A DNA stretch of 64,000 nucleotides from Amoebidium appalachense. Lineage: Eukaryota; Protista; Ichthyosporea. Both the position numbers and the translations under genes were made by a program. Positions within the stretch are counted from its first letter, which is position 1. Every line of letters starts with the position of its first letter. Shown here in pieces: positions 13,205 to 32,972 of the stretch. The notes beneath the pieces are model-generated. The model saw only the letters and a program-made list of their open reading frames with translations. It searched no databases and was not told the DNA's origin. The DNA lies in assembly GCA_963693365.1 (NCBI GenBank), contig CAVNZM010000005.1, forward strand, positions 1,860,001 to 1,924,000, in the 5' to 3' direction.

Positions 13205-16200
13205 GGGTGGGGTGATGGGGTGAGGGGGTGAGGGGGGGGAAGGATGTGGAGGGGGATGAAAGGGGAGGAGATGAAGGGAGAGGAAGAAGGGGGGTTGGAG
13301 AGAGAAAAAAGGGATGAGGTCGGAGTTGATTCCGGGGAAGCCAGCTAATAGGTTTAGGATAGGATGGGACGAAGACGGGGTAGAATTTTAGAAGAAATGC
13401 TGCGGCATGGAATGGCCGGGGGCTGGGGGTGGGGACGGCAGAAGGGGTGGAGGGGAGCGGGAATATGAAGGGTGACATGAAGGGTGGGATCATCTTTTAC
13501 GTGTGTAGGCGCAATTGTGCAGATGTGCGCAGAACAGGACAGGAAGGTACACAGTGAACACAAACGTTGCACACAACCACATTCACATTTACACACATCA
13601 ACACACAAAACATGCACAGATGAACACGGGCTCACACTCACCCCACGGTAGAACTGGATATGATCCAGCCCGAACCTCTTTGCCCCTGCCTCGTGATAGT
13701 TGGACGTGTCGTCCAAGAATATCCCCGAGAAGTTGGGCACATCCTTGTGGTTGTCCAGCCAGTTGTCAATGTCTGCCTCAATATCCTTGACCGGTCTGTG
13801 GGTGAGGGGGAGGGGGGGAGGAGAGGAAATGGAGGGAGGGAGCAGGGTTCAAATGTTGTTCCTTGTTAGTTACGCAGTACAAAGGTGGTGTAAGAGGAAT
13901 GTGTACAGTTCCGAACGAGCGTGCAACATAAGAAGCCTGTTCTTTTCTTTTTCTTTTTCTTTTTCTCTTTCTTTTCTTTTCTTTCTTTTCTTTTCTTTGT
14001 TTTTTTCCTTTTATTTTTTCTTGGAGAGAGGGGGGGGGGGGGGGGGGGGGGGGGGAAGGGGCAAAAACTTGGAAAGGATGCTTAGGAAGGGGAGACGTCT
14101 TTTATTTCCTTTACAAAGCTGGAAGAGTTATCAAGGGAGGGAGACGGGAAGGGTGGTATTCGCGTGCACCAACTGAACCGTGCACCATACCCAGATTATC
14201 ATCCAAGAGAAAAGGGGTGGAAAGTGGTGGTCGTTGATCGTGGGAAGATGGAGAATCATTAGTGTGAAGATGGAGGGGGGGAGAAGAATAGAGGGGTAGG
14301 ACGAGAGAAGCCGGGGATGGAGAAGGGGTTGCAGGGGTGGTCACCTCATGCCGGATGTGTGCCAGATGCCTATTTTGTCGACGGCCGAGACCTTTGTGCC
14401 CAAATAGCCAACCATCCGTACCCCTGCCTGGCCAAGCAGCATCAGGCATGCCTGTGGGTAGTGGGGAAGGGGGGGTCAGGGCGGGTTGGTGGTATTCAAT
14501 TGTTGATTATGTTGTGAGGTCCAGGTGCATATCACATATAATGGGAGACAAGATCCACTGCCGGCCACATGCAAATGTTAGCTGCACCCTTTCTGTTCAG
14601 ATCCACATCCACATGCAAATGTTAGCTGCATCCTTTCTGTTCAGATCCACATCCACTACTACCGCCAACCACCCCCCTCCCCCCCCCCTCCCCCCCCCCC
14701 CCCTGCCCCCACGACCACCACAGGGACTTTATGTCTATTCCCATTCAAATAGTTGGTGATGGTTACTGTTGGACAGATAGCAAGTATGTGATATATAGAG
14801 CACACAAGTAGAAAACCACACCATCCACCAGTCAAATTCCTTTGGTTCGGATCTATCATAACATTGACGTCCTTGGATTCTCACCTTGAATTTCAGAGCC
14901 CATTCGGACCCCGCCGGTTTGGGCCCATTCTCCGGATTCACCACGGCCAAGACAGCCTTTCCACCCTTAGCGACTCTGAGGAAATATTCATCCTCGCAGA
15001 CCCCTTGGGCGCTAACCTTAAGGCTATCCGAGTGGTACATGGGGATCAGGATGGATGGGAGCTTGGTGGGGGGGTTTGGAGATCTGTAAATGGGCTGAAT
15101 CGTTGGTTGGGGGGCAATGGTGGCGTTAGGGACCGGCCCGCTGCGTTTTTGGGCCTTAGCATTGCTGCCGCCACGGCGATCGCGAGAAAGAACTGCTTCC
15201 GTGGTTGTGTCCCGGCGCAATCTGTGAAATATGCAATGCAGAAGGTCAGTGAAGGTAAATAAAATGAATAATTTAGGAAAAATGAGCCGGAAATTTCACC
15301 ATTTAGTTGCAATTTTTCAAAAGGTAGATCTGAGAGAAATGATGGATTTTAGGGGTTCGGCAACAGCCAGTGCGGCGTGGGAGGGCCAATAGTTCGTGCA
15401 GGGAATGGTCATGCAGGTAACACGTGCATGAGCTTGTTAGCATGTTGATATGCATGTGTGTGTGTGTGTGTGTGTGTCCATGGGTGTGCTTACGCATGTG
15501 TGTGTGGGGGGGAGGGGAGGGGAAGGGTTGGGGGTGGGGGTGGGGGGAAGGCGAGGCAATTTATTAATCAGAAAATTTCATGTTTCCGCGTACCTGCATT
15601 GGTTGAAAGCAAGGTCGACGAAGTTGCACCCGGGGGTAGACTGGCACTCGGCAACACACGTGTTCAGGTTCACTTCCTGCCGGGTGTCTGTGGGGCCAAC
15701 GCCAACTCGGTGAGTGAATGAAAACGGAGTCCATGCTATATGCAACTTAGGGTGGTAGTAAAATTTTAGAAGTGGATGTGTGGCTTCTCATTACAGTTTG
15801 CAATGGCTTTAAGTAGGCCAGGAAGTGATGGCGGTCGTGGCTAGATTACTTGGTTCCGTGGGGCTGGTGAAAAGGGAGGGGTGGGGGGAGGGGGTGGGGG
15901 GGCGGAGGGGGAGGGGGAGGGGGGGGGAGGGGGGATCGATAATGTATTGGCAGGATCAGGTGTGCCTACGATTCACAATACACAGTTGCATTTAGAAATA
16001 CTGCCAGTAAATATATTCTAAAGGAATAAAACAGAAAACAAAGAACGGCAATCGAGATTGACCCACCAGTTGGAAATGTAAGGAAAGTTATGTGCATCAG
16101 AAGGGTTAGGTTGGCCGTGCACACAAAGGAAGGAAAGGGGGGGAGGGGGGGGGGGGGGGGGGGGGTATATTGACAGATGAATTGGCGAGAGCAAGAGAAA

Positions 16201-16519
16201 AGAAAGAATGGTGCAGAAAACCACCGTGCTCTGGAAAACGTAATATTGGAATGCTACCAATTTTCAATCTACAGCCATGTTACTGGTATAGTATGGTTGA
16301 ATATGATCGCATGCAATGTGTGTCTGTGCGTGTGCCTGCGTTTTTTTTTCGTTTTTTCTTTCTTTTTTTTTCCTTTTTCTTTTTTTGTTTTCTTGATGGT
16401 GGTTGGGAGAGGGGGGCCCGGGAAAGGGGGGCATGGAGAGGTTGCTCACCCGAAATCGATGCACCGAATGCCGACGATGCTGCAAAGGCAGCCACAAAGG
16501 CTGCTGTGAACTTGGCCAT
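11784..16519 (-). CDS. Secreted Spherulin-4 family (GH135/Sph3-like) protein with N-terminal PAN/apple-like domain, multi-exon
   Basis: Signal peptide MAKFTAAFVAAFAASSAFG (ATG 16519). PAN-like exon NTCVAECQSTPGCNFVDLAFNQC (~15594-15687). Spherulin-4 motifs in order: ILIPMYH...LAVVNPENGP (~14885-15060), GVRMVGYLGT (~14345-14450), RPVKDIEADIDNW...SGIFLDD (~13642-13795), IIVLNPG...ADISIPIENF (~12826-13060), GFDYFYATD...DPWEGAPSFW (11784-~12025). Confidence 0.85.
14548..14660. repeat. Intronic ~45-bp tandem duplication
   Basis: CCACATGCAAATGTTAGCTGCA(C/T)CCTTTCTGTTCAGATCCACAT is repeated about twice. Confidence 0.8.
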
Positions 16520-16800
16520 GGTGGTGGATTGGATGGTAGTCTGCAGAGGGATGAGGATGAGTTGTGGTGCACACGGGTTTTTGTAATAAATAAAGGGAGG
16601 GGGAGAGAGGGGGGAGGGGGGGGGGGGGGGGGGGAGGGGGGTATAGAATGCGAGGAGTGCAAAGAGATGTGTTTGGGTTTTGTCAACTCATCCATTAACA
16701 CTCAAAATGGGTGTTAACTGAATCTAAGTTTTCCTCGTCTTTTCATCGGGTCTCCGTATGATGTGAAAATGAACGTGTGTGTGTGTGTGTGTGTGTGCGT

Positions 16801-16889
<89 letters not shown>

Positions 16890-18435
16890 CGTGCACATGT
16901 ATATGTGTATGTATGCGTGTGGTTGGGTGCCCTATGCCTTCTGTGTTGCTGTGTGTGCGCACGCCGCGTGAGCACTTTCCATAGAAGTGGAGAGTGTGTG
17001 CGTGTCTATATGCAACCGGAATGCCAGTTATGTGTTTGCTTATAGCGTTTGTTTGGTGTGTATACACTATGAATGTTTGCTTATGTGTATGAATGCGGAC
17101 ATTTTAGAGTGAGACAGCGGTGCGTTGTGTTTTTGGGCTCAGCCTGCTTGTCCCCTAGCAGAGGCTTTCCTGTTTCTACCCTTTTCACTACTGTCCTGTC
17201 CTACACCACCACCTTTGGATGGTTAACGGGCAAAACCCATAAACCCTTTACTAATGATATTTCACGTGTTTCGTACTACATCTGCCGTAAGTTCTGCTTG
17301 AGTTTATGTGACAAGCACACCACCCCGGTAGGTATGGCAGCTTGTGCTACTAGTAGGTACCTAGGGCTTACCGGTAGTCCCAGAATAAAGCAACCGTGTC
17401 ACGCTTCTCACCAATAAGCTACACAATGAACTCCGACTGACAACATTTGAATTGTGAAAGCCAGTGTGGTGCCTTATATCATTAGTGTTCCCTTATGCCG
17501 TTTATAGCCGTTTATCCGGCCCAGGAATGACCGACATACCAAGCAGCGCAATAAAAGCAATGGCGAAAAAGGTAAGCACGGGCGTACTTGAAGCCGCTGA
17601 TGCGATTCGTATGATTGTAGCAAAAAAAATGCAACATGCACTTATGAAATAGGCTTAATTGAAATCAACTACTTATTTTTTCCTTTTTTTTTTTTTTTTT
17701 TTGTTTGCTTTTGCCGCCCTTGAATAGCTGTTACAAGCATGTTCGCCTGGATCTGGACTTTCCAAAGTTTCCCTTATTCCAAAACGGTCTACCAATGGGA
17801 ACACAAGATCGTTTTGATCTTTGCTCATTGGAGCAAAAAGCATCGCGGATTTTAGGTCCACCAATCAACGTACAGGGGGAGTCCCGGGTGATAAGTCTAA
17901 ACATCCAATAGGAATTGACACAAGGAATTCTATTTTGGTAAACAGTGAAATCATTTCGTTTGGAGAAACACACACCTCATGTAACGCTATTCAAATGATA
18001 TGCATTATTGTTTAAACACTACTAGTAGTAGCTTTATTGCAGTTATGTTTTCACTGCGCTTTCGCGGCTGGCGTGGCTTCGGGAGGCACTGCAAGATGAC
18101 CTTTGTGACACAACAAATACACGTGTTAAGCAGCCAAAACCTCCAAAACCTGAGCCTCAGGGCGATGTATACGCGTACGTGGGGATCTTCCGTGACATAG
18201 GTGAGACGCACCAGAGCTAATAATAGAACAGCTAACTTACTGCTTCAAGTCTATTTCCCAAAGCCTTCATGTCGCCCTTTGGTACATTGTTTGTGGGCTT
18301 TTTCACCGACCGGCAGCTGCGAGATTGGTACTGTAACGGCACAGATGGCTTTCCCTCCTTTTGTTGCAATGACATGGCACCATGTTCGTGTTGGCGCCAG
18401 CCCCTTAAAAAGAACCTTTTGGCACATTACAAACC

Positions 18436-18469
<34 letters not shown>

Positions 18470-18605
18470 TGTTTGTGTCTGTGCGGTGGAGGGGGGAGGG
18501 AGGGAGGGGAGGAGGGGGAAGGTGGGGACGTCGACGGATCACTCAGTACCCATATACCCATGTACATGTTAAATATATACCTCCCTCAGTCTCTCTCTCC
18601 CCCCC

Positions 18606-18637
<32 letters not shown>

Positions 18638-18673
18638 CCCCTCTCCTTCTCCCCTGGCCCCGCCCCCTTCCCC

Positions 18674-18727
<54 letters not shown>

Positions 18728-18742
18728 CGCACACGACGTTTT

Positions 18743-18795
<53 letters not shown>

Positions 18796-18909
18796 GGGAG
18801 ACGGAGGCGGATAGGAGAGAGAGCGCGGGGAGAGGACACGGTGATAGGGAGAGGGGGGGGGGGGGGAGGGGAGGGGGAGGAAGGGGGGGGGGGGGGGAGC
18901 GAGACAGAC

Positions 18910-18971
<62 letters not shown>

Positions 18972-18982
18972 GGGGGGGGGGG

Positions 18983-19017
<35 letters not shown>

Positions 19018-19369
19018 TGTGTGTGTGTGTGCGCGCGCGCCACAGTGTGTGTAAGTTAGCTTTTGCCTTAAAAACTTTAGAGCCTCAGTGAGAGAGAAAG
19101 GAGGTCTAGCGAGTTGGGATGGACAGTCACGCGGAGAGGAAGGGAAGGGGTGGGTGGGTGTTCAGAAAACCGGAAGCAACCGCTCCGAGGAGTCTCAGAG
19201 CCGAATTGCTTCCCTTTCCGGGCAGACTTTCCACTCAGTGCCCACGTGTGGTGTGTCTTAGTGCTGCACCGTGTGTGTGGCCTTGTGCACACATTGCACT
19301 TAACTTCAGAACAGCCAACCCCTCCTCCCTCCACCCCTCCCACTTTCTTCTATTGCCACGGCGTATTCA

Positions 19370-19533
<164 letters not shown>

Positions 19534-20408
19534 TCTCTCTTTCTTTCTCCCCCCCCCCCCCCCCCCCCCCCCCCCGCTCTCACCTTCCCCCCACCTCCCC
19601 CAAAGCACCGCCACACCTCTCCCCCCGCTCCTCTTTTTCTTTCTTCCGTGCCTATCTTCCTAACCCAGATTAGTTGGTATTGCTCGCTCGCTAACAGGTG
19701 CCACTCCAGATATCCCTAATGTTGCCAACAACATAACAGCAATGTGCCGCAGTGTAAAAGTTTATCGGATGTAATATCCAATGGTGGTACTATGGTGGTA
19801 GATTGTGTGTGGGTGTGGGTGTGTGTGTTTGGGGGAGAGAGAGAGAGGGGGGGGGGGGGGGGGGGGGGGAGGGGGGGGGAGGATTCGGGGGAGGAGAAGA
19901 GGGGGGAGAGGGGGCAAAGGGGGAGGAGGACGAGATGGGGGGGAAGGAGGGGGGGGGGGGGGGGTTGGGACGTGGCAATCAACTGCCTCAAGCTAAAACG
20001 GGACAAAAACATTTGCATTGGTAAGGTTTTTATCAAATGTATCATGTCTCCTTTGTATATGTACATTGTGGCCCGTAGGTATCGTATGTACAATCACTGC
20101 ATAGTATCATAATTTACAATGACCACGGAATGGCACATGGAAGGGTGGGTGACATTGATAAAGCACAAGTTTGAAAAAATCAAAAACTGTTAAACGAAGG
20201 GTTTAAAAATAAAAAGACCACACACAAATTAGAGAAGGGGAGCCCATAGTGGGCCGCCATCTCGGTTTCATAGACTTGTAATTTCATTGATTTGCATCAA
20301 CTGCCCAACAAAAAATATCAAAATGACCAAAAAAGCTTTACAAAATTCCCAGGCTTCATCTGGAAAACACCCATTATGAATCACGATGCAATAAATACCT
20401 GACACTGT

Positions 20409-26700
<6,292 letters not shown>

Positions 26701-27850
26701 CTGTCAAAACAATTGTGGTAAGAGTTGCCATTGCTTTCAAACTTACTAGTTAAGAATCCTTTTTCTTTCAGAAATCTGTTTTTCCTTACATACAAACTGC
26801 ATCAATACAGAGCACGGGGAATCGTTCAATGGGGAGCAGGGTAGTAGGGAACCTCTGCGTCATGCTCAACCCCACTTCAACTCAACCCCCCCCCCGGGGG
26901 AACTTAAGAAGATAATGGAGAGAGACATCTTTGGAATCGTTTTAAGGGGGAAGGTGGAGGGGATGACAAAACTCATGCTACACGTCAAAAGTTTTGACAA
27001 GTGCGTCACACGAGTGAAAAGGATTTTGTGTCAAGCATGGGGCGACACGATGGGTGTCTAATGGCATTGTGCGAAAGGTGCATATGCCTCAAGTCTAGCG
27101 GGTTTTTATACGGTCTTTCCTGGTGTATAATCAGGTAACTGGTTTGCAACCGCAAGCATGGTAAAGTGGGAGGGTAGGGTGGGGGTGGGGGTGGGGTAGG
27201 GGGGAGGAGATGGGGGAGGTAGAAGGGGGAGGAAGCAGGGGCGGAGAAGGGGTGGAGTGGGGGTGAGCTTGTGGCCAGTCGGTGGAAAGACGGAACAGTG
27301 GGGTGAAGGGATGGGAGATCGATGGGAGTGGACAAAATATATTTGTTGCCTGTTTCCAAGCATACAGTAAGGAGAGAGGGCAAGTGGAGTGAACAGGGGA
27401 ATGGGGGGGAGGGGGGGGAGGGGGGGGGGGGGGGGGGGGTAAAGGAGGGGGGAAGTACGAGGTGCGTGCCGCCGGGAGACATGTTGAACAGTATGTCGAA
27501 GGATCGTGGTGTTCAAGCCATTGAGATGCGAGCGAGTCTGCGCACTTGTGACATGGGTTACGCTTGATCCACATCCCACTTTTGTCAGGCTGTTTCTTTA
27601 TTTGTTTTCTTTTGGCTGACTCAACTTTCCAGTCAAAACAAGCAGAGTGGACCCTTGTTGTGTGTGACGTCATGTCCTACTAGTGATTGGTGAATACAAA
27701 TTTGACTATTTGGTTGCATGACCGTACCGCACGCTGAATGGATATTCTAAAATGGCTGTGTCATTTGCGCCACTGTTAGCCAGCCATTGTTTGCTAATTT
27801 TGGCTATATGGCTCACAACTGAGCCCACGGCCACATGTACAGATGTCAGC

Positions 27851-27917
<67 letters not shown>

Positions 27918-28038
27918 GGATGGGGGAGGAGATGTGGCCAATCGGGTTTGCTCTACTGTATGCGCCTAATTAGCGCCTGTGCATGTTATGCCTGTGTTGC
28001 ATCCACTTTGCATGCCGGCGCCATTGGTGCCTGGGGGG

Positions 28039-28081
<43 letters not shown>

Positions 28082-28102
28082 ACAAGAGCAGGCCTAAGTA
28101 GA

Positions 28103-29255
28103 CTAGGGCGAAGGTGGGTTTGCCCACACAATGGCATTGGTGGCATCGATAACACGGCCTGCTTGCGGGTGATATCGATGGTGTAATTGATGTCCCAAAC
28201 ACCTCCTAGCTGTGTGCTTGGCAGCTGGGATGTTGAAAGGAAACATTGTCCCAACCCAAGCAAGCGAAACCAAGGGGATTCTCCTATAACTGCAGGTTTC
28301 ACAATTTATGTACGCCGGTAACTGTTGAAATGAATCTTGCTTCTAGGCGACCGGCAGCATTGGGTTCGATTTGTTTGTTGGTGCGAGGTATTGCAAGGTG
28401 CAGCAGATCTGCTGCTTCTGATATAATAGACCTTCCCCCCCCCCCCCCCCCCCTCTTCCCCCAAACTTTTTTTCCCCCCTTCCTTCCTCTCTTAACTAAC
28501 GACGGACAGAAAATCATGAGGAGGGAGAAAGTGTGTGCACCTATGTGTGTGTGTTTGTACAGTGTGCGTGTGTACGCGCGCGCGCGCGTGTGTATTAGTG
28601 TGGGGCGTGAGCACACATGCTCCCCCACGCGAGTTTGTGTTTGTGTGTGTGTGTGGGCGTGCCATGTGCCAGGGGACGGGGAGAGGCGATTTTTAGACGT
28701 GTGATAGACAGTGGTCATTAGCACACATTGTGCCAGATACTGCATTTATTTTTTCAAACTAGCGGCTCACGGCGAATCATAGGCTGTTAGCAATCACCCG
28801 AAACCTCGAGGCTATGTAGCACAGGGCCTAAACGGCCATCTAAACGATTAAATCTACATTCTATATGGCCATAGTGGGTATAAAGTCATTGGTCGATATA
28901 GCACTTCACTGTGGTAACTCAAAGCGAGCCATGAAGATTAAAATAGTATTCCCTGGGACCAAATCTGGAGGATATTAAAAAACAAAAAAATGCACGACTG
29001 ATGGCAGGGAGGTAACCTCAATAAACCAAATCCTATTTGCATATCCCATTATCTAACTTGTATTGCATTATCTAAAACCTTGAAGAAAAATATTTGTTGT
29101 GTTGTGTCAGACTGCAAGATGTAAAAATGTGGTGTATTGTGTGTTTGGGTATGTCTCGAGCATCAATGGTGTAGGCACGGGAGCATTGTGGTTTGAGTGC
29201 ATGGGGACGAGGGGGGATTTAGGTTGTGGTTGTGCATGTGTGCGCGAGAAGAATG

Positions 29256-29352
<97 letters not shown>

Positions 29353-30023
29353 TGCGTTTGTGTGTGTGTGTGTGTATGTGTGTGTGTATGGTGCATTTGT
29401 GTGTATAGGCGTGCTTTGGGGGGAGAAAAAAAAGGGGGGGGGGGGGGGGGGGTCTTATTCTTGCTGGGTCAGAAGAGTAGGGCGGCAGTATCCCATGGAG
29501 GGGGTGCTTGGACGAAGGATGGATGCCTGGTTGTTGGTGCAGGTGAGCACCCACGTCTTGGAAATGGTGCACCCAGTCCTTCCATATCGGGTAAGATCAA
29601 CACACGACCATTGGACCTTGGGCGATATCTTGGTGCAGTGGCTTGGGTAGTAGCAGCGGAGGTACGTGGGTTCAAGAGCCGCAATTTCGGGGTGGGTCTT
29701 TGTGTCTTGCACGGTCGATGAGCCGGTTGAGAGATCGTCTGTGGTCACTGCAATCTCGCTGGCCACATTGGCAACAACTGGCCGGGCAATAACTTGGGCG
29801 GCCTGGGCACGTGCCGCTGGCTGTGGGGGGATATTTTAGTGTGTGAAGGGCCCAAGATATGTAGAGTGAGAACAAATGTGCAACCAACGGATGAAGGGGG
29901 CAACACCGCATATGAATAGCATGGAACAGTAGCTATGGGGGAGCTTGCAGGTGTAGTGTATCAAGAGGGTGCAAGGAGATGGAAGGAAGATCGTGGGCAG
30001 GCGCAGGGAAGGAGGGAGTGTGT

Positions 30024-30071
<48 letters not shown>

Positions 30072-31758
30072 GGATGGCTGAAATGTTTAGGAAGGGTAGT
30101 CCACGTAGCAAGTAAGAAGCGAGCCTCAGAGGTCCTCTTTCAACTCTAAAACGTGGGAGGAGTTGGGACTTTTGGAGCGCAACTCTAGCAAGAAGAAAGG
30201 TAAGCAACAGAACATGGGATTCTTCTCACCTGTTGGGGAACGGAGGCAACAGCCACCGGCTGCACAGGCCCTCTGAGCTCTGCAATCCCATTGGAAGAAG
30301 TTCGTGCCGGTCCACCCACCATCTGTCCTTGCTGTGAGGCAGGAAGGTTGGGAGAAAAGACAAAGGCTGGGCGGTTGGGGTTTATGGGCCGAGCGGGGAG
30401 AGGGGAGGTAAGGGGGGGGGAGCTGTGGCGCTACGACAGCTGGGGGAGTGAGAAGGTTGAGGGAGGGAGATGGGGTGATGGTGGGAGTGTCGACGGGTGC
30501 AAACTGTGGGTCCCCGGGGCATGCTGATTCAAGGGTCTGCGGGTAGTAAGGAGGTTAGGGACGGTTGTTAACAGCATATAGTGGTGTGCACTTGCGTATG
30601 CCCCTACGTGGTAGACTGCATGTGCCCTACTACTAGTCCTTTGACATAAGAAAAGGCACTTGATTCGATGCCCATATGCATACTGGCAGAGCCCTACGAG
30701 GCAAAATACCTCCCCCTCCCCCTCCCTCCCCCCCCCCCCCCCATCCAAAAAAAAAAAAAAGACAGCGACATTGGCGGAATTGTGGGTTCTTGCGTGGGAA
30801 GCAGTATGTTATATTGTAATATTGAGGTGCACGTGGCGAGAGGATGGAGGAGAAACTAGGCTGGAAACCTAAAGAGAGGTTAACGAGAAAGTGGCGCACG
30901 GGTGCGGAAAAGAGGAAGGGTACAAAGGGAAGACCAGGGGTGGGTGATTGAGGTTGGGGGGGGGAAGGGAGGGGACGGAGACGTACCACCACAACCAGCA
31001 TGTTTGCTTTGCAGGCTTCAGCATGCAGCACACATTCGTTGGCATAGGTCTTGCCATCGCTGCCACACACAGGCCGCAAATTGCGCGTGCACACCTATCA
31101 ATTTAAGCCTCAGTCTCTTGTTCCTTTTCCCGTATGGGGCACACGGGGGTGGCGCACAAATCCAGGCTTGAAAACAGAGTTGTGGTATCTGGTTTCCTTG
31201 TCTGTTTGCATGGAGCAGAAATTTCTACGTTTGACCTGCGCAACAGCAATGCGCTGCACTTCTTCATTCTTCAGGAGCTGTCCCTAACCTTTTTGCAGGA
31301 TCTCTGGGTGGTCCTTAGGCTACTAGGCTTACCAGGAAACGTAAAAAGAACAATCTCCCGGCCAACCAAACAAATCCTTTGCAAGAATGTAAAAGTTAGA
31401 AGTTTGACTTCTGGAGTTGGATCAGGGCTTTTTTTATTAAGGACAGGGAGGGCAAAGAGGAGCACACAGCAAGAGCCAACTGATGGGCGGGAATAAGACG
31501 TCTGGCTTGGAAGATCAGGGAAAAAAGTACGCCTCTCTTTGGGAAAGTGGAATGAGTTATTGGGGCCCGGGGGGGGGGGGGGGGGAGGGGGGCGAGGGTT
31601 GAAGGGAAGGAGGGAGAGTTGGAAGGGGAGAGGAGAGGAGGGAAAACTTTGGCAGTAGAACCCTCTCGAACATGACTTACGAGTTCACACTCGGACAGGG
31701 CTGAGGCTGTTGACAAAACAGCAGCGGCCCCGAAGATCGCCAACGCACCACCTTTCAT
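28103..31758 (-). CDS. Secreted protein with Kazal-type protease inhibitor domain, multi-exon (3' end uncertain)
   Basis: Signal peptide MKGGALAIFGAAAVLSTASA (ATG 31758, donor gtaagt). Kazal exon VCTRNLRPVCGSDGKTYANECVLHAEAC (~30986-31093). Ala/Pro/Val linker exons (~30230-30332 and ~29530-29820) lead into a Cys-containing C-terminal region (YLRCYYPSHC...WSCVDL...GCTISKTWVLTC). Probable last exon ~28103-28206. Confidence 0.75.
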
Positions 31759-32451
31759 TTCTCGTTCTCCTGCCTGAAGCACTCTACGTATGTTTGGGGA
31801 ACAGGCTATGTTGAAGAAGGCCTAATGGGCAGTTTGGTGGTGTACGGCTTTGTAAGTTTTCTCAGTACTCGTCCCGCTATGCTTTTTCTCTTGTTGCTTT
31901 GTTGACGTCGTGTGGGTTGGCAAAACAGACAAACAACGTACTCAAACGTGACTTTGCGCACTTCTTTATTGCGCAGGAAGCTGTGGAATGTAAGGACAAA
32001 ATGTGTGCATGATATGTAAGCACCTATAGTTTTGCATAGGTTCTTTTTAGTCATTTATGGCTATACAATAATGCTATGGGCGAATGAAAATCTCCACCTT
32101 TGGAGCAGATTTGTAGGATACCTCAAATCTAAATTTATCTCCCCTGCGGCGCCGGTATCATGCGGGTCGTGCGGCCTGTCACCACGGCCCTCTGTGTGGG
32201 CCAGAGGGCCGGCCCGTGCCTGTGCCCTTCCCCTCCCCCCCCCCCTCCCCCCCCCCCCCCCCCCCCCCCGATCCTCTTTGGCACCCCTGGCCCCACCTTG
32301 AACCATCTGCCCCCTCCCCCCGGCGCCCCCTCCCCCCTCCACTCGCTCGATTCGGCCCCCTCACCCTCCCCCTCCTCCTAGCTAGCTAGCTAGTCATCCG
32401 GCCCCCCAGACCTCCTCCCAACCGTACAAGTACACACACACACACACACGT

Positions 32452-32604
<153 letters not shown>

Positions 32605-32860
32605 GGGCGTGTTTGGCAGCCGAAAATAATCGTATTCGTGTCATTTTGCGAAAAGACGAATAATCGTGTTCAAAAAATTAATTTGTGGTATGCGTCTTTA
32701 GGGGTAATGATACGATTATGGCGTACCAAACACGCCTATCTATTTTTTTGTAAACACGCTCCCGCTTCGACATCGACACAAAATCTCGATACGACAAAAG
32801 AATGCGAAAAATCATCGTTTGTACGATTTCATTGGTAGTTGTTACCAATCGTAAATTAAA
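32605..32860. mobile_element. PIF/Harbinger (Tourist)-like MITE or DNA-transposon end
   Basis: TAA then GGGCGTGTTTGG at 32605, an inverted copy CCAAACACGCC at 32726-32736, and repeated subterminal ATAATCGT/ACGAT motifs in both orientations. Confidence 0.5.
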
Positions 32861-32972
32861 TGTATGAGTGAGATTGTCCCACAATCACACGCATATGAAT
32901 TTGTACTTGGAGTCATAGGCAGAGACCAGATCCGCCGAGACCCTGCCCGAGCCTCATGGCTCCCCCTATACT

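Noticed and set aside
17527-18015. Small two-exon gene (MTDIPSSAIKAMAKK, donor gtaagc)
   Set aside because: The in-phase second exon stops after ~29 codons and has no recognisable motif, so support is too weak.
29672-30335. Cys-rich overlapping reading frame in the Kazal gene (CPASCCQCGQRDC)
   Set aside because: Expected by-product of reading Ala/Val codons in a shifted frame; the phase-0 frame is continuous and longer.
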